NCBI GenBank assembly: GCA_930971385.1
Contig: CAKNGB010000001.1
Location: forward strand, 348,468-412,467
Source: an uncultured Clostridia bacterium
GTDB lineage: Bacteria; Bacillota; Clostridia; Christensenellales; UBA1242
DNA length: 64,000 nucleotides
Direction: 5' to 3'
Shown: positions 28,439 to 40,108 of the stretch, one piece after another
Layout: each line of letters opens with the position of its first letter
Numbering within the stretch: the stretch's first letter is position 1
The notes under the pieces: generated by a model
What the model was told of the DNA's origin: nothing
The model's input: only the letters and a program-made list of their open reading frames with translations
The model's database searches: none
Made by a program: the position numbers and the translations under genes

Positions 28439-29485
28439 ATGCAAGAAAAAAGAGAATTATTAAGATCAACATATTACTACGATTTGCCAGAAGAACTCAT
28501 TGCTCAATCGCCAGTTGAGCCGAGAGATTCTTCAAGACTTCTTTGCTATAACAGAAAAACAAAAAAAAGTTTTGATAAGCATTTTTATGATATAATTGAC
28601 TTCTTGAATGCAGGCGACATTTTGGTTATCAACAACACCAAGGTTTTGCCTGCCAGAATTTTTGGTTTCAAAGAAACAGGTGCAAAGATTGAAATTCTTT
28701 TGCAAAAGAGAGTTGACCTCAAAACTTGGGAGGTCATTGCAAGACCTTTTAAACGCCTAGAGGTTGGCACAAAAATTGTGTTTAATGAAAACATCTTCTG
28801 CACGGTGACAAGTAAGGCAACATACGGCCTATGCACTGTTAAGTTTAGTTATAGCGATAAGAAAAGTTTTGAAGAGCATTTGATGGAAATCGGCACTGTT
28901 CCACTTCCTCCATATATTAAGGAAAAATTGAAAAATCCAGAGAGATATCAAACTGTGTATGCCAAAGTTTCAGGTTCAAGCGCAGCGCCAACTGCTGGGC
29001 TTCATTTCACAAAAGAATTGCTTGAAAAAATTAAAGCGAAAGGCGTGGAAGTTTTGGAAGTTTTGTTGCACGTTGGTTTAGGCACATTTAGACCTGTTAA
29101 AGAAGATAACATCAAAGACCACGAGATGCACTCGGAATACATCGAACTAACAAAAGAGGTTGCAGATAAAATCAATTGTGCCAAAAGTGAGGGGAGACGA
29201 GTGATTGCAGTTGGCACAACTTCAGTGCGAGTTTTGGAAAGCGCGGTGGATGAAAATGGCAAAATTATTCCAACAAAAAAGGAAACCAAAATTTTCATTT
29301 ATCCGCCATATAAATTCAAAGTTGTGGATGCACTTATCACAAATTTCCACTTACCAGAAAGCACATTGATTATGCTTGTTTCTGCCTTTGTTGGCGACAT
29401 TGATGAAACGCTTAATTTATATAAGCACGCAGTGAGTGAAAAATATCGTTTCTTTAGTTTTGGCGATGCGATGTTTATTGAATAA
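28439..29485 (+). CDS. queA: S-adenosylmethionine:tRNA ribosyltransferase-isomerase
   Basis: YDLPEELIAQSPVEPRDSSRLL N-terminus and the TAGLHFT motif, upstream of tgt. Confidence 0.95.
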   Translation: MQEKRELLRSTYYYDLPEELIAQSPVEPRDSSRLLCYNRKTKKSFDKHFYDIIDFLNAGDILVINNTKVLPARIFGFKETGAKIEILLQKRVDLKTWEVIARPFKRLEVGTKIVFNENIFCTVTSKATYGLCTVKFSYSDKKSFEEHLMEIGTVPLPPYIKEKLKNPERYQTVYAKVSGSSAAPTAGLHFTKELLEKIKAKGVEVLEVLLHVGLGTFRPVKEDNIKDHEMHSEYIELTKEVADKINCAKSEGRRVIAVGTTSVRVLESAVDENGKIIPTKKETKIFIYPPYKFKVVDALITNFHLPESTLIMLVSAFVGDIDETLNLYKHAVSEKYRFFSFGDAMFIE

Positions 29486-29536
29486 CACAAAATATATTGT
29501 GTTATGCGTTGCATACTACACCATATCTTGTGTTTT
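29481..29536. repeat. Intergenic palindromic repeat family, copies E1 and E2
   Basis: ataacacaaaatatattgtgttat (29482-29505) and gcatactacaccatatcttgtgt (29511-29533). E1 overlaps the queA stop. Confidence 0.65.
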
Positions 29537-29584
29537 AAAATTTTATTATTTTTTAATCAAAAATTGAATTTATGATTATTTTAA

Positions 29585-30751
<1,167 letters not shown>

Positions 30752-30880
30752 TAAATTAATGTTTTTGTCGACTTTTAAAATTATGAGAAATCATAAGAAT
30801 AACACTTTTGTCGAAAAAGAGGAAATTTTATGGAAAATATGGGAGTTTTTTCCATATTTTTATTATCTATCAAAAATCAT

Positions 30881-30909
30881 TTGACAAAGTTTTGGCAAAA
30901 GTTTAAAAT
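30881..30909 (+). promoter_or_regulatory. SigA-type promoter of rny
   Basis: TTGACA, 17 bp spacer, TAAAAT. Confidence 0.6.
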
Positions 30910-30993
30910 AGCATTGTGAGAGGATATTAATTTTTAGTTATTTTAGTTTTCTAAAATTTAACATATCTCGAATTTAAAAGGGGAAAAGCGAAA

Positions 30994-32577
30994 ATGGGAA
31001 GTATCTTATTGGATGTCTCTCCTGCAGTCGCATCGGTAATTGCCATCGCTTGTTTTGTTGTTGGCGTTGGGCTTGGAGGTTTTCTTCTTAGCCTTTACAT
31101 CAAAAACAAAATGAAGAAAAATAAATCAAATGCAATTAAAATTATTGAAGATGCTTATGCAGAAGCAAAGACAATTAAAAAAGAAGCGTTAATTGAAAGT
31201 AAAGAAAACGCGCAAAAACTTAAAGACGAAGTGGAAAAAGAGGTTAAGGACAGGCGTCTTGAAGTTTCAAAACTTGAAGAAAGGCTTAATCAGCGTGAAG
31301 AGTTCATTGAGAAAAAGGAACTTTCACTTGATAAGCGCACAGAGCAACTGGAAGACGAGAAAAAAGAAATCACAAGCATAAAAGAGGACCTTGAAAACAA
31401 AAAACTTGAAGTGGAAAAACTGAAAGAGGTTGCCATTTCAGAAGTGGAAAAAGTGGCAAAAATGTCTAAGCAAGAGGCTGTGGATATGCTTGTTGCTAAC
31501 ATGAAAACCAAGGCACAAAAAGAGGCTTCTGTTATTGTTAAACAAATTGAAATGGAAGCAAAAGAAAACGGCGAGGCAAAGGCAAGAGAAATCATCGGTC
31601 AAGCCCTTCAAAAATGTGCAACTGAAACAACCTCTGAAATGACGGTTTCTGTTGTCAGCCTTCCAAACGACGAGATGAAGGGAAGAATTATCGGTCGTGA
31701 GGGCAGAAACATCCGCGCGATTGAAGCAGCAACTGGCGTTGAACTTATTGTTGACGACACGCCAGAAAGCATAACAATTTCTGGTTTTGACCCAATTAGG
31801 CGTGAAGTGGCAAGGTTGAGCCTTGAAAAACTTATTTCCGACGGAAGAATTCATCCAACCAGAATTGAAGAAATTGTGGAAAAAATGCAACGCGAAGTTG
31901 ACAAAACCATTAAACAAGCAGGTGATGAGGCTTGCAACGAAACAGGAATTTACAATTTGAACCCTGAACTTGTTAAGGTGCTTGGAAGATTGAAATATCG
32001 AACAAGTTATGGGCAAAATGTTTTGAAACACTCAATTGAAACCTCCATTCTTGCAGGGCTTCTTGCCTCTGAAATGGGTGCAAATGTGAAAATTGCTAAG
32101 CGCGGAGGGCTTCTTCACGACATCGGCAAAGCACTTGACCACGAACTTGAAGGAACTCACGTTCAAATCGGCGTGGAACTTGCAAGGAAGTATGGCGAAA
32201 GCGAAGAGGTTGTTCATTGCATTGAAGCGCATCACTTTAATGTGGAATTTAAAACGATTGAGGCTGTTATTGTGCAGGTGGCAGACGCCATTTCAAGTTC
32301 AAGACCAGGCGCTAGACGCGACTCGTTTGAAAACTATATTAAGCGTTTGCAACAACTTGAGGAAATTGCTAACAGTTTCGACGGCGTGGAAAAATCTTTT
32401 GCAGTGCAAGCAGGCAGAGAAGTTAGAATTATTGTGAAACCTGACCAAATTTCAGACAGTCAGGCAATGTTTATGGCAAAGGAAATTGCAGAAAAAATTG
32501 AAAATGAAATGCAATATCCTGGTCAAATTAAGGTCAATGTGATTAGAGAAAGTCGTTTTGTTGAAACTGCGAAATAA
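30994..32577 (+). CDS. rny: Ribonuclease Y
   Basis: N-terminal TM, a coiled coil, KH (GRIIGREGRNIR) and HD (LLHDIGKA) domains. Confidence 0.95.
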   Translation: MGSILLDVSPAVASVIAIACFVVGVGLGGFLLSLYIKNKMKKNKSNAIKIIEDAYAEAKTIKKEALIESKENAQKLKDEVEKEVKDRRLEVSKLEERLNQREEFIEKKELSLDKRTEQLEDEKKEITSIKEDLENKKLEVEKLKEVAISEVEKVAKMSKQEAVDMLVANMKTKAQKEASVIVKQIEMEAKENGEAKAREIIGQALQKCATETTSEMTVSVVSLPNDEMKGRIIGREGRNIRAIEAATGVELIVDDTPESITISGFDPIRREVARLSLEKLISDGRIHPTRIEEIVEKMQREVDKTIKQAGDEACNETGIYNLNPELVKVLGRLKYRTSYGQNVLKHSIETSILAGLLASEMGANVKIAKRGGLLHDIGKALDHELEGTHVQIGVELARKYGESEEVVHCIEAHHFNVEFKTIEAVIVQVADAISSSRPGARRDSFENYIKRLQQLEEIANSFDGVEKSFAVQAGREVRIIVKPDQISDSQAMFMAKEIAEKIENEMQYPGQIKVNVIRESRFVETAK

Positions 32578-32671
32578 CTTAAAAAATGCCTTTCGCGTTT
32601 ACTTTTAAAATGTATATTTTTCAAGAAAAATCATATATATGAAAAGGTAAAATTTGATTTTTGAGGTGAAT

Positions 32672-33136
32672 ATGTTTAAAATTAAAAAGAAAAACGACAA
32701 CGAAGAAATTATAATTAATGACGCGCCAACAACCGAAAAGAACACAGTTGAAGAAAAAGAAGAAAAGATTGAGAATGTTAAACTTGAAAATGTTAACAAT
32801 AAATCAGTAAGTGCGTCAAGCGAGGAAAACACAAAGGGCAAGAAAAAAGAGAAGGTTCAAAAGATTGTGAAATGGGGTCCAAACCGCATTTTGCAGTGCT
32901 TTGCATACTTTTCCATCATGCTGATTGCCATTTCCATGATTTTCCGCCTCATCTTCAAAAATCAACCAGACATTGTGGTGTATATGCAGGGGATTGGCGA
33001 GTGCCTTGCATATATCGTTTGCGTTTGGCTTGGTTTTTACTTCACTCTTAAACGCGGAAACATTTGGTGGCTTGTTGGTTGGATTGTGGGCACAATCATT
33101 TTGGTGGTCTTTTATGTTTTTGCCATTGTGCCATAA
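32672..33136 (+). CDS. Hypothetical membrane protein with an acidic/Lys-rich N-terminal region
   Basis: GAGGTGA RBS before the ATG at 32672 and 3 C-terminal hydrophobic helices. Confidence 0.5.
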   Translation: MFKIKKKNDNEEIIINDAPTTEKNTVEEKEEKIENVKLENVNNKSVSASSEENTKGKKKEKVQKIVKWGPNRILQCFAYFSIMLIAISMIFRLIFKNQPDIVVYMQGIGECLAYIVCVWLGFYFTLKRGNIWWLVGWIVGTIILVVFYVFAIVP

Positions 33137-33145
33137 GGAAAGGAT

Positions 33146-33529
33146 ATGAATAGGAATAACATAATTTATATTATAAGTGCAGTTATCATTGTTTTATCAA
33201 TTGTTTTTGCTCTTCTCATCAATGTGTGGGATGGTTTTACCTATTTCGTTCTGTCGCTTTTAACTCTTCTTTCGCTTGCTTGGGCTGGACATTTAATTAG
33301 ATACTATTTAATGGATTTTAAAGAGCAGGCGGAAGAGGAATTTAAACTTTTCAAAGCAGAAACGGTGAACGCAAAAAACATCACATCTGAAGAGTTTGAC
33401 AAAAACGAGCAGGCGTTTAGAAAGGAATACAACAAAAAACTTGTTAAATATAGAATTATCCATATCTCAAAAATCATACTTTGTTTTGGACTTGCCATTT
33501 TGTTTATTTTGGGAATGGTGTTCGCTTAA
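33146..33529 (+). CDS. Hypothetical membrane protein
   Basis: AAGGAAAGGA RBS, 2 N-terminal TM helices and 1 C-terminal TM helix. Confidence 0.5.
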   Translation: MNRNNIIYIISAVIIVLSIVFALLINVWDGFTYFVLSLLTLLSLAWAGHLIRYYLMDFKEQAEEEFKLFKAETVNAKNITSEEFDKNEQAFRKEYNKKLVKYRIIHISKIILCFGLAILFILGMVFA

Positions 33530-33552
33530 AGGTTCTTTACAGAGCCTTTTTT
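33529..33552 (+). terminator. Rho-independent terminator
   Basis: aaggttct ttac agagcctt stem followed by T6. Confidence 0.6.
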
Positions 33553-33703
33553 ATATATTTTCTAAAAAATACTCATAAAAATCACAAATTTTTTGTATTT
33601 ATTTAAAATCATTTTGTGAGATTATGAAAAAAATGCTAAAATAAGAAAGGTAATCTATCAAATTTGATTTGTTATTTGAAATATGCACTACCACGGAGGA
33701 AAT

Positions 33704-35242
33704 ATGTTATCTAAGTTAAAGAGTTTTGGGCTGGAAGGAATTGACGGCTTTTTAGTGGAAATTGAAACGGATATCGTTGGTGGTGTTCCTCATTTTGAAA
33801 TTGTCGGACTTGGCGATAAAAGCGTGAAAGAGGCAAAAGACAGAGTGAAATCTGCAATACGCAACAGCGGTTATGAATATCCCACAAAACATTTCACCAT
33901 CAATCTTGCGCCTGCCGATGTTAAAAAGGAAGGACCTGTTTACGACCTTGGCATTGCAGTTGGCATTTTGTCGGCGTCGGAGCAGATAAAGAAGAAAAAC
34001 TATAAGGACTATATCTTTCTTGGCGAGCTGTCGCTTGATGGCACAATCAAAAAGGTGCGAGGCGTTTTGCCAATGCTTATCAGTGCACGCTCGCAGGGAT
34101 ATCGAAAAGTGATAATTCCAAAAGAGAATATGGAGGAAGCAAGTTTCATCGACAACATGGAAATTTACGCATTCAGTAAACTTACCGAGGTTGTTGCTTT
34201 CCTAGACGGCTTAACTGAAGAGAATTTTCGTGTGCCAACAAAGTCGTTTGAAGAGGTTGCTTTAAAAAGCACCAATAAACTTGATTTTGAAAATGTTAAA
34301 GGGCAAAAAATGGCAAAACGCGCACTGGAAATTGCTGCAGCGGGCGGGCATAATGTGCTTATGATTGGACCTCCTGGAAGTGGTAAGAGTATGCTGGCAA
34401 AATGTTTTTCTGGAATTTTGCCAAACCTCACTTTTGAAGAGGCGCTTGAAGTGACAAAAATTCACTCAATTGCAGGCGAACTTGACCTTAAAAAAGGCAT
34501 TATCACAGAAAGACCATTCAGAACTCCTCATCACACAGCAACTGCCATAAGTTTAACAGGCGGTGGCGCACACAGCAAACCTGGCGAAATCAGCCTTGCT
34601 CATCATGGCGTTTTGTTTCTTGATGAATTTCCAGAATATTCAAGGCACTTAATTGAAACACTGCGTCAGCCGTTGGAGGATGGCTACATAACAGTGGCAC
34701 GCGCTCAACAAACAATCACATATCCTGCCTCATTCACACTTATTGCCAGCATGAACCCATGCCCATGCGGAAATTATGGCTCAAAGGACAGAGAGTGCAC
34801 TTGCTCGCCAACGCAGATTCATAAATATCTTTCCAAACTCTCAGGTCCAATCATGGACAGAATTGACATTCATGTGGAAGTTGATAACATCACATATAAG
34901 GAACTTAACGAGGAAAACAAAGAAGAGCCAACCGCAAAAATTAAAGAGCGTGTGGATAAGGCAAGAGAAATTCAACTTGAACGATTTAAAGGTAGCAAAG
35001 TTTTCAATAATGCCAAAATGACTGTGCCACAGACCAAAAAATATTGCAAACTTTCAAAAGAGTGCCAAGAACTTATGGAAAAAGCCTTCACAAATTTAAA
35101 ACTGAGTGCGCGTGCACATGACAGAATTTTGAAAGTGGCAAGAACGATTGCTGACCTTGACGGCAAGGAAGAAATCGAACCAAACCACATTGCCGAGGCG
35201 ATTTCTTATCGCGGACTTGACAGAAAATATTGGAGCGTTTAA
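33704..35242 (+). CDS. comM: YifB/ComM family Mg-chelatase-like AAA+ ATPase
   Basis: Lon-like N-terminal domain, Walker A GPPGSGKS, LFLDEFPE, and a position upstream of dprA. GGAGG RBS. Confidence 0.85.
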   Translation: MLSKLKSFGLEGIDGFLVEIETDIVGGVPHFEIVGLGDKSVKEAKDRVKSAIRNSGYEYPTKHFTINLAPADVKKEGPVYDLGIAVGILSASEQIKKKNYKDYIFLGELSLDGTIKKVRGVLPMLISARSQGYRKVIIPKENMEEASFIDNMEIYAFSKLTEVVAFLDGLTEENFRVPTKSFEEVALKSTNKLDFENVKGQKMAKRALEIAAAGGHNVLMIGPPGSGKSMLAKCFSGILPNLTFEEALEVTKIHSIAGELDLKKGIITERPFRTPHHTATAISLTGGGAHSKPGEISLAHHGVLFLDEFPEYSRHLIETLRQPLEDGYITVARAQQTITYPASFTLIASMNPCPCGNYGSKDRECTCSPTQIHKYLSKLSGPIMDRIDIHVEVDNITYKELNEENKEEPTAKIKERVDKAREIQLERFKGSKVFNNAKMTVPQTKKYCKLSKECQELMEKAFTNLKLSARAHDRILKVARTIADLDGKEEIEPNHIAEAISYRGLDRKYWSV

Positions 35243-36324
35243 TGAATAATAACACAAAAATTTTAACCTTCCTTTCCATGTTGGAACTATCAAATAAGAA
35301 ACTTGAAAAAATCATGGAAATTGTGGAAGATGAAGAAATTGAAAATCCACTTAAACTTGCTGACAATCGCGATATATGCGATATTTTATCGGCAGAAGAA
35401 TATCATGAACTTTTAAGAAAATGCGATGCAAGGCTTGTTAATTCGCTTTTTGAAAATTTGGAAAAAGACGGTATCATCATTCTGGATAAGGAAAACGAGA
35501 ACTATCCGCAAGCACTTGTTGACTTGCCAGATGCACCTATGCTTCTTTTTTGCAAGGGCGATGTTTCGCTTTTAAACAAAAACTCAATTTCCATTGTCGG
35601 CACGCGTATGCCAACAAACTATGGCAAATTCATAACCGAAAAGTTCGCCGAGGTTTTGGCAAAAGCTGGTTTTATTATCGTTTCAGGGCTTGCATATGGT
35701 GTTGACTCGCTTTCTCATCGCAAGGCGCTGGAAGTTGACGGCAAAACAATCGCAGTTCTAGGTGGCGGGTTTAATCATATTTATCCAGAGGCAAACACAA
35801 ATCTTGCAAACACAATTGCAGAAAAAGGCTTGCTGATAAGTGAATATCCACCATTTGCAAAGCCTACTAAATTCACTTTTCCAAGGCGAAATCGAATTAT
35901 TGCAGGACTTTCAAAAGGTGTTTTAATCACAGAAGCGGGCAGAAAAAGCGGAACAATCCACACCAAAGAGTTTGCACTTGACTATGGCAGAGATTTATTT
36001 GCTGTTCCAGGAAATGTCAATTCGTCTAAAAGCGAACTTCCAAATCTTCTAATTAAATCTGCGCAAGCAGAATGTGTGCTTTCGGGAGAGGATATTTTGG
36101 AATTTTATGGTATAAATATTAATAAGACGGAAGAAAAGAAGATGGCTTCACTTAATATGGACGAGCAAATTATCATTGATCTTCTTAAAAAAGGCGAGCA
36201 AGATTTCGATTATCTTGCAAAAAATTCCAATCTTCCTGTAAATATTTTAAACAGTTATTTGACAACTTTGGAAATTCGTGGTTTAATAAAGAGGATGCCG
36301 TCTAAGACATTCATGCTAAATTAA
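35242..36324 (+). CDS. dprA: DNA processing protein DprA
   Basis: Rossmann-like SIVGTRMPT..YG, SGLAYGVDS and GGG..HIYP motifs. The start overlaps the comM stop (TAATG). Confidence 0.9.
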   Translation: MNNNTKILTFLSMLELSNKKLEKIMEIVEDEEIENPLKLADNRDICDILSAEEYHELLRKCDARLVNSLFENLEKDGIIILDKENENYPQALVDLPDAPMLLFCKGDVSLLNKNSISIVGTRMPTNYGKFITEKFAEVLAKAGFIIVSGLAYGVDSLSHRKALEVDGKTIAVLGGGFNHIYPEANTNLANTIAEKGLLISEYPPFAKPTKFTFPRRNRIIAGLSKGVLITEAGRKSGTIHTKEFALDYGRDLFAVPGNVNSSKSELPNLLIKSAQAECVLSGEDILEFYGININKTEEKKMASLNMDEQIIIDLLKKGEQDFDYLAKNSNLPVNILNSYLTTLEIRGLIKRMPSKTFMLN

Positions 36325-36335
36325 AGGAGAAAAAT

Positions 36336-38393
36336 TTGAAACTTGTTGTTATTGAAGCCCCAGCAAAAAGGGAAACATTGAAAAAATATTTAGGCAACGG
36401 CTATGAAGTTTTTGCCACCAAAGGACATATAAGAGATTTACCTGTTAAATCTTTTGCAATCGACATAAACAATAATTTTGAACCTCATTATGAAAATAAA
36501 CCAGATAAAAAGGAATTAATTTCCGAACTTAAACGCAAAGCAGAAAAAGCCGACGACGTTTTAATCGCAACCGACCCTGATAGAGAAGGGGAGGCAATTT
36601 CTTGGCATATTGCGCACGTTTTGGGCTTAGACCCAAACACAAAATGCCGAATTCAATTCAACGAAATTTCTAAAAATGCCGTTTTGAAGGCGCTTGATAA
36701 TCCGCGTGCGATTGATTTAAACCTTGTTAACGCTCAGCAAGCAAGGCGCGTTATGGACAGAATCGTGGGATACAAACTTTCGCCAATCATCTCAAAAAAA
36801 GTGGCACCAAAACTTTCTGCTGGAAGGGTGCAGTCTGTGGCACTTAAACTTGTGGTTGACAGGGAAAAGGAAATTGAAAACTTTAAGCCAGAAGAATATT
36901 GGACGGTGACTGCGTTTCACGAAAAAAATAAAATTCCTTTTAAATCCACTTTGCAAACATATAAATCGAAAAAGATTAAGCTTGCAAACAAAGAGGAAGT
37001 GGAAAAGGCGCTTTCCACAATTAAATCTTCTCAATTTGTTGTGGAAAATGTTAAGAAAAGTAATACCAAATCTCACGCTCCAGCGCCATTCACAACAAGC
37101 ACCATGCAACAAGACGCTTTAAATAAACTTGGCATGAGTTTGAAAAAAACAACAGCCTCCGCGCAAGAATTATATGAGGGTGTTGAGGTTAAAGGTGAGG
37201 GAAAAATCGCGCTTATAACTTACATCAGAACCGACTCAACTCGCGTTTCTGAAGATGCTCAAAAGGCGTGCTTAAATTTTATTGAAAACAAGTTTGGAAA
37301 AAATTATCTTCCATCAAAGCCAAACATCTATGCCACAAAAAAGAATGCGCAAGACGCGCACGAGGCAATAAGACCAATTTCCATGCAAATCACACCAGAA
37401 ATGGTGCAAGACAGTTTAACGAAAGATAACTATCGTTTATATAAACTTATTTACGAGCGTTTCTTAGCCAGCCAAATGAACGAAGCGGAATATTCCAATG
37501 TCACGGTTTCCATCGACGCAGGTGGCTATGGCTTTAAGGCAACTGGAAGAACTCTGGAGTTTCCAGGCTACACCGCAGTTTATAAGGAATTTGTTGACGA
37601 CGATAAGAAACAAGAAATTTCTAAACTTCCTAAAATTGAAGAAAAGGAAATTCTTGAGGTTAAAGATGTTAAGGAAGAACAAAAATTCACAAAACCTCCT
37701 GTTCGCTACACTGAGGCAAGCTTGGTTAAGGCAATGGAAGAAAAAGGAATTGGCAGACCTGCAACATACGCTGCAACTGTTACCATTTTAACCGCGCGAA
37801 ACTATGCTGAAAAGGACGGAAAATATCTTGTGCCAACAGAACTTGGCAGAAAGATAACTGAATATTTGGAAAAGTTTTTCAGTGGGGTTATCAATGTTAA
37901 ATTCACCGCTCACATGGAAAACAGGCTTGACGACATTGCAGAGAACAAAGACGACTGGCACGATGTTGTGAACAGTTTTTGGAGCGGTTTTAAAGGACTT
38001 TTGGAAAAGGCAGACTCTTCTTCTATCTCAATGAAAAGTGAACCTATTGAAACTGACATTATCTGCGACAAATGTGGGCATAAAATGCTTTTGCGTGAGG
38101 GAAGATTTGGCAAATTCTTAGGCTGTTCCAACTTTCCAAAATGTCGAAACATCATGCCGTATCAAACAACAGACGCCAAAAAACCTGTTTCAAAATGCCC
38201 AGAATGTGGCAAAAATGTTTATGCTGTTAAAACCAAAAAAGGCAAAACTTTCTATGCCTGTGAGGATAGAGAGGGGTGCAACTTTATGAGTTGGGACATT
38301 CCAACTGGCGAAAAATGCCCAGAGTGTGGTAAATATATGATAAGAAAGGGCAAAAGAGAAAAATGCTCATCTTGCAAATACGTAAAAGCGTGA
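36336..38393 (+). CDS. topA: DNA topoisomerase I
   Basis: TOPRIM (LVVIEAPAK, ATDPDREGEAI), the active-site region ITYIRTDS, and C-terminal Cys4 zinc ribbons. Confidence 0.95.
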   Translation: MKLVVIEAPAKRETLKKYLGNGYEVFATKGHIRDLPVKSFAIDINNNFEPHYENKPDKKELISELKRKAEKADDVLIATDPDREGEAISWHIAHVLGLDPNTKCRIQFNEISKNAVLKALDNPRAIDLNLVNAQQARRVMDRIVGYKLSPIISKKVAPKLSAGRVQSVALKLVVDREKEIENFKPEEYWTVTAFHEKNKIPFKSTLQTYKSKKIKLANKEEVEKALSTIKSSQFVVENVKKSNTKSHAPAPFTTSTMQQDALNKLGMSLKKTTASAQELYEGVEVKGEGKIALITYIRTDSTRVSEDAQKACLNFIENKFGKNYLPSKPNIYATKKNAQDAHEAIRPISMQITPEMVQDSLTKDNYRLYKLIYERFLASQMNEAEYSNVTVSIDAGGYGFKATGRTLEFPGYTAVYKEFVDDDKKQEISKLPKIEEKEILEVKDVKEEQKFTKPPVRYTEASLVKAMEEKGIGRPATYAATVTILTARNYAEKDGKYLVPTELGRKITEYLEKFFSGVINVKFTAHMENRLDDIAENKDDWHDVVNSFWSGFKGLLEKADSSSISMKSEPIETDIICDKCGHKMLLREGRFGKFLGCSNFPKCRNIMPYQTTDAKKPVSKCPECGKNVYAVKTKKGKTFYACEDREGCNFMSWDIPTGEKCPECGKYMIRKGKREKCSSCKYVKA

Positions 38394-38401
38394 GGTGACG
38401 G

Positions 38402-39574
38402 ATGAGTTATTTGGGAAAAGGAAACTTAATAAAAATCATCGGCGGAGGGCTGACGGGGCTGGAAGTTGCATATATTTGCGCAAATTGTGGTTTTCGCGTG
38501 CATATTTTCAATAAGCATCAAAACCCGCCAACATATAACTATGTCAAAAGTCCATACGAAAAAATTATGGAAGAAGAACTTAATGTTTGGGCAAGCCCAT
38601 CCTATCTTCTCTCTCATCGTGTGGGCGTAAACACTGAAAACGCCGACGAAAGTTTCCTTGACCTTATGCGCAGTAAAGTGGAAAGTTTGCCAAATGTTGA
38701 ATTTATTGATGCCGAGATTGACGAACTAAATCCTAAAGAGGTGACATTAATTTCGATTGGAAACAATCCAAGTGTTAGCTTCATCAAAAATTTGGAAAAA
38801 CTTATTGGAGAGAACCGCGTGCAATATTTTCATCCTAAGGAAGTTTGCGTGCAGGGCATAAATAAAGCTAGCCTTGTGCGTGACGGCGCGGAAAATTTCC
38901 ACATAAATCTATCGCAAGAGGAATATGAAAAACTTAAAAAGCTTCTTTCCACCTTTTCGCAAAACTACGATAACTCAACTTTGGTTAAAGAGATAAGTGC
39001 AGAAAGCTTATCTAAAAATGATGCATTAAGAACGGCGGTGCTAAGACCTCTTTACTCGCCAAATGAAAAGGCTTATGCATCCATTAAACTTAAAAAAGAG
39101 GGAGATAATTTCTATTTCACCGACTTTTTCACAGCCCTGTCGAATGAAGAACAAGACGAAATCATTTCAAACATTTCCGCACTTAATGGCGCGAAGATTT
39201 CGGAGTATGGAAAGATTTACAAAAGAATATTCCTGACCTCGTCAAGTTGCTTAAATGAACATTTGCAAATTAAAAACTATGAAAACATTTTTGTTTGTGG
39301 TGGCTTTTTGGGGCTTGGCGGAGTGCTTGAAAACCTTTTGGTTGCAAACTATATTGCATACAATCTTATGAACACAGCAAGTGGCAAAAATCTTCAAAAT
39401 TTAAGTAATTTCACTTGCACTTCAAAGATTATTCAAAATTTATTGCAAAAAAGTGTGTTAAATCATAGGCTTTTAAGTTTAAATTATGATATAATAAACC
39501 GAAAGGACAGCGTAAACCTAAATCCAAACGCTGTTTTGAAATTTAAGGAGAAATTTTATGGAAACTGTTTTTAG
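38402..39574 (+). CDS. TrmFO/Gid-family FAD-dependent protein, short and divergent
   Basis: [13 protein letters not shown] dinucleotide fold and C-terminal [16 protein letters not shown]. It occupies the trmFO slot between topA and hslV. Confidence 0.5.
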   Translation: MSYLGKGNLIKIIGGGLTGLEVAYICANCGFRVHIFNKHQNPPTYNYVKSPYEKIMEEELNVWASPSYLLSHRVGVNTENADESFLDLMRSKVESLPNVEFIDAEIDELNPKEVTLISIGNNPSVSFIKNLEKLIGENRVQYFHPKEVCVQGINKASLVRDGAENFHINLSQEEYEKLKKLLSTFSQNYDNSTLVKEISAESLSKNDALRTAVLRPLYSPNEKAYASIKLKKEGDNFYFTDFFTALSNEEQDEIISNISALNGAKISEYGKIYKRIFLTSSSCLNEHLQIKNYENIFVCGGFLGLGGVLENLLVANYIAYNLMNTASGKNLQNLSNFTCTSKIIQNLLQKSVLNHRLLSLNYDIINRKDSVNLNPNAVLKFKEKFYGNCF

Positions 39575-40097
39575 AGGCACAACAATCTGTGCGGTTAAAA
39601 AGGACGGAAAAATTGCTGTTGCAGGCGACGGTCAAGTGACCATGCAAAACAGCATAATTTTCAAAAACAACGCAAAAAAAGTTAGAAGAATCTATAACAA
39701 TCAAGTTGTTATCGGTTTTGCAGGCTCTGTTGCTGACGCTTTTTCGCTCAGCGAACGCTTTGAACAAATGCTTAATAAGTTTGCTGGAAATTTGATGAGA
39801 AGTGCGGTGGAACTTGCACAACTTTGGAGAACCGACAAGGTTATGCGTCAACTTGAGGCTATGATGATTGTGGCAGATAAAAGCCAAATTTTAATCATTG
39901 ATGGAACGGGTAATGTCATCGAACCACAGGACAACATTTGCGCCATTGGTTCTGGCGGAAATTTTGCTCTTGCTGCAGGAAAAGCATTACTTCAAAACAC
40001 CAATTTTTCGGCTAAGGAAGTGGCACAAAAATCGCTTAAAATTGCCAGCGAAATTTGCGTGTTCACAAATGAAAATATCATTGTTGAGGAAGTTTAA
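39558..40097 (+). CDS. hslV: ATP-dependent protease subunit HslV
   Basis: The [22 protein letters not shown]-terminal Thr nucleophile context and an AAGGAG RBS. Confidence 0.95.
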   Translation: METVFRGTTICAVKKDGKIAVAGDGQVTMQNSIIFKNNAKKVRRIYNNQVVIGFAGSVADAFSLSERFEQMLNKFAGNLMRSAVELAQLWRTDKVMRQLEAMMIVADKSQILIIDGTGNVIEPQDNICAIGSGGNFALAAGKALLQNTNFSAKEVAQKSLKIASEICVFTNENIIVEEV

Positions 40098-40108
40098 AAG
40101 GAGATAAT

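Noticed and set aside
30830-30920. Possible small ORF MENMGVFSIFLLSIKNHLTKFWQKFKIAL downstream of tgt
   Set aside because: The sequence is better explained by the hairpin ggaaaatatgg...ccatatttt (a likely tgt terminator) followed by the rny promoter TTGACA-17-TAAAAT.
31438-32031. Long antisense or alternative-frame ORFs inside rny, thrS, pheT, recN, alaS, the PadR-like gene and others (e.g. 31438-32031, 6956-7357, 20636-21073, 61747-62181)
   Set aside because: They lie inside genes with unambiguous conserved motifs on the other strand or frame. They have no RBS and low-complexity or Cys/Phe-rich translations typical of shadow ORFs.
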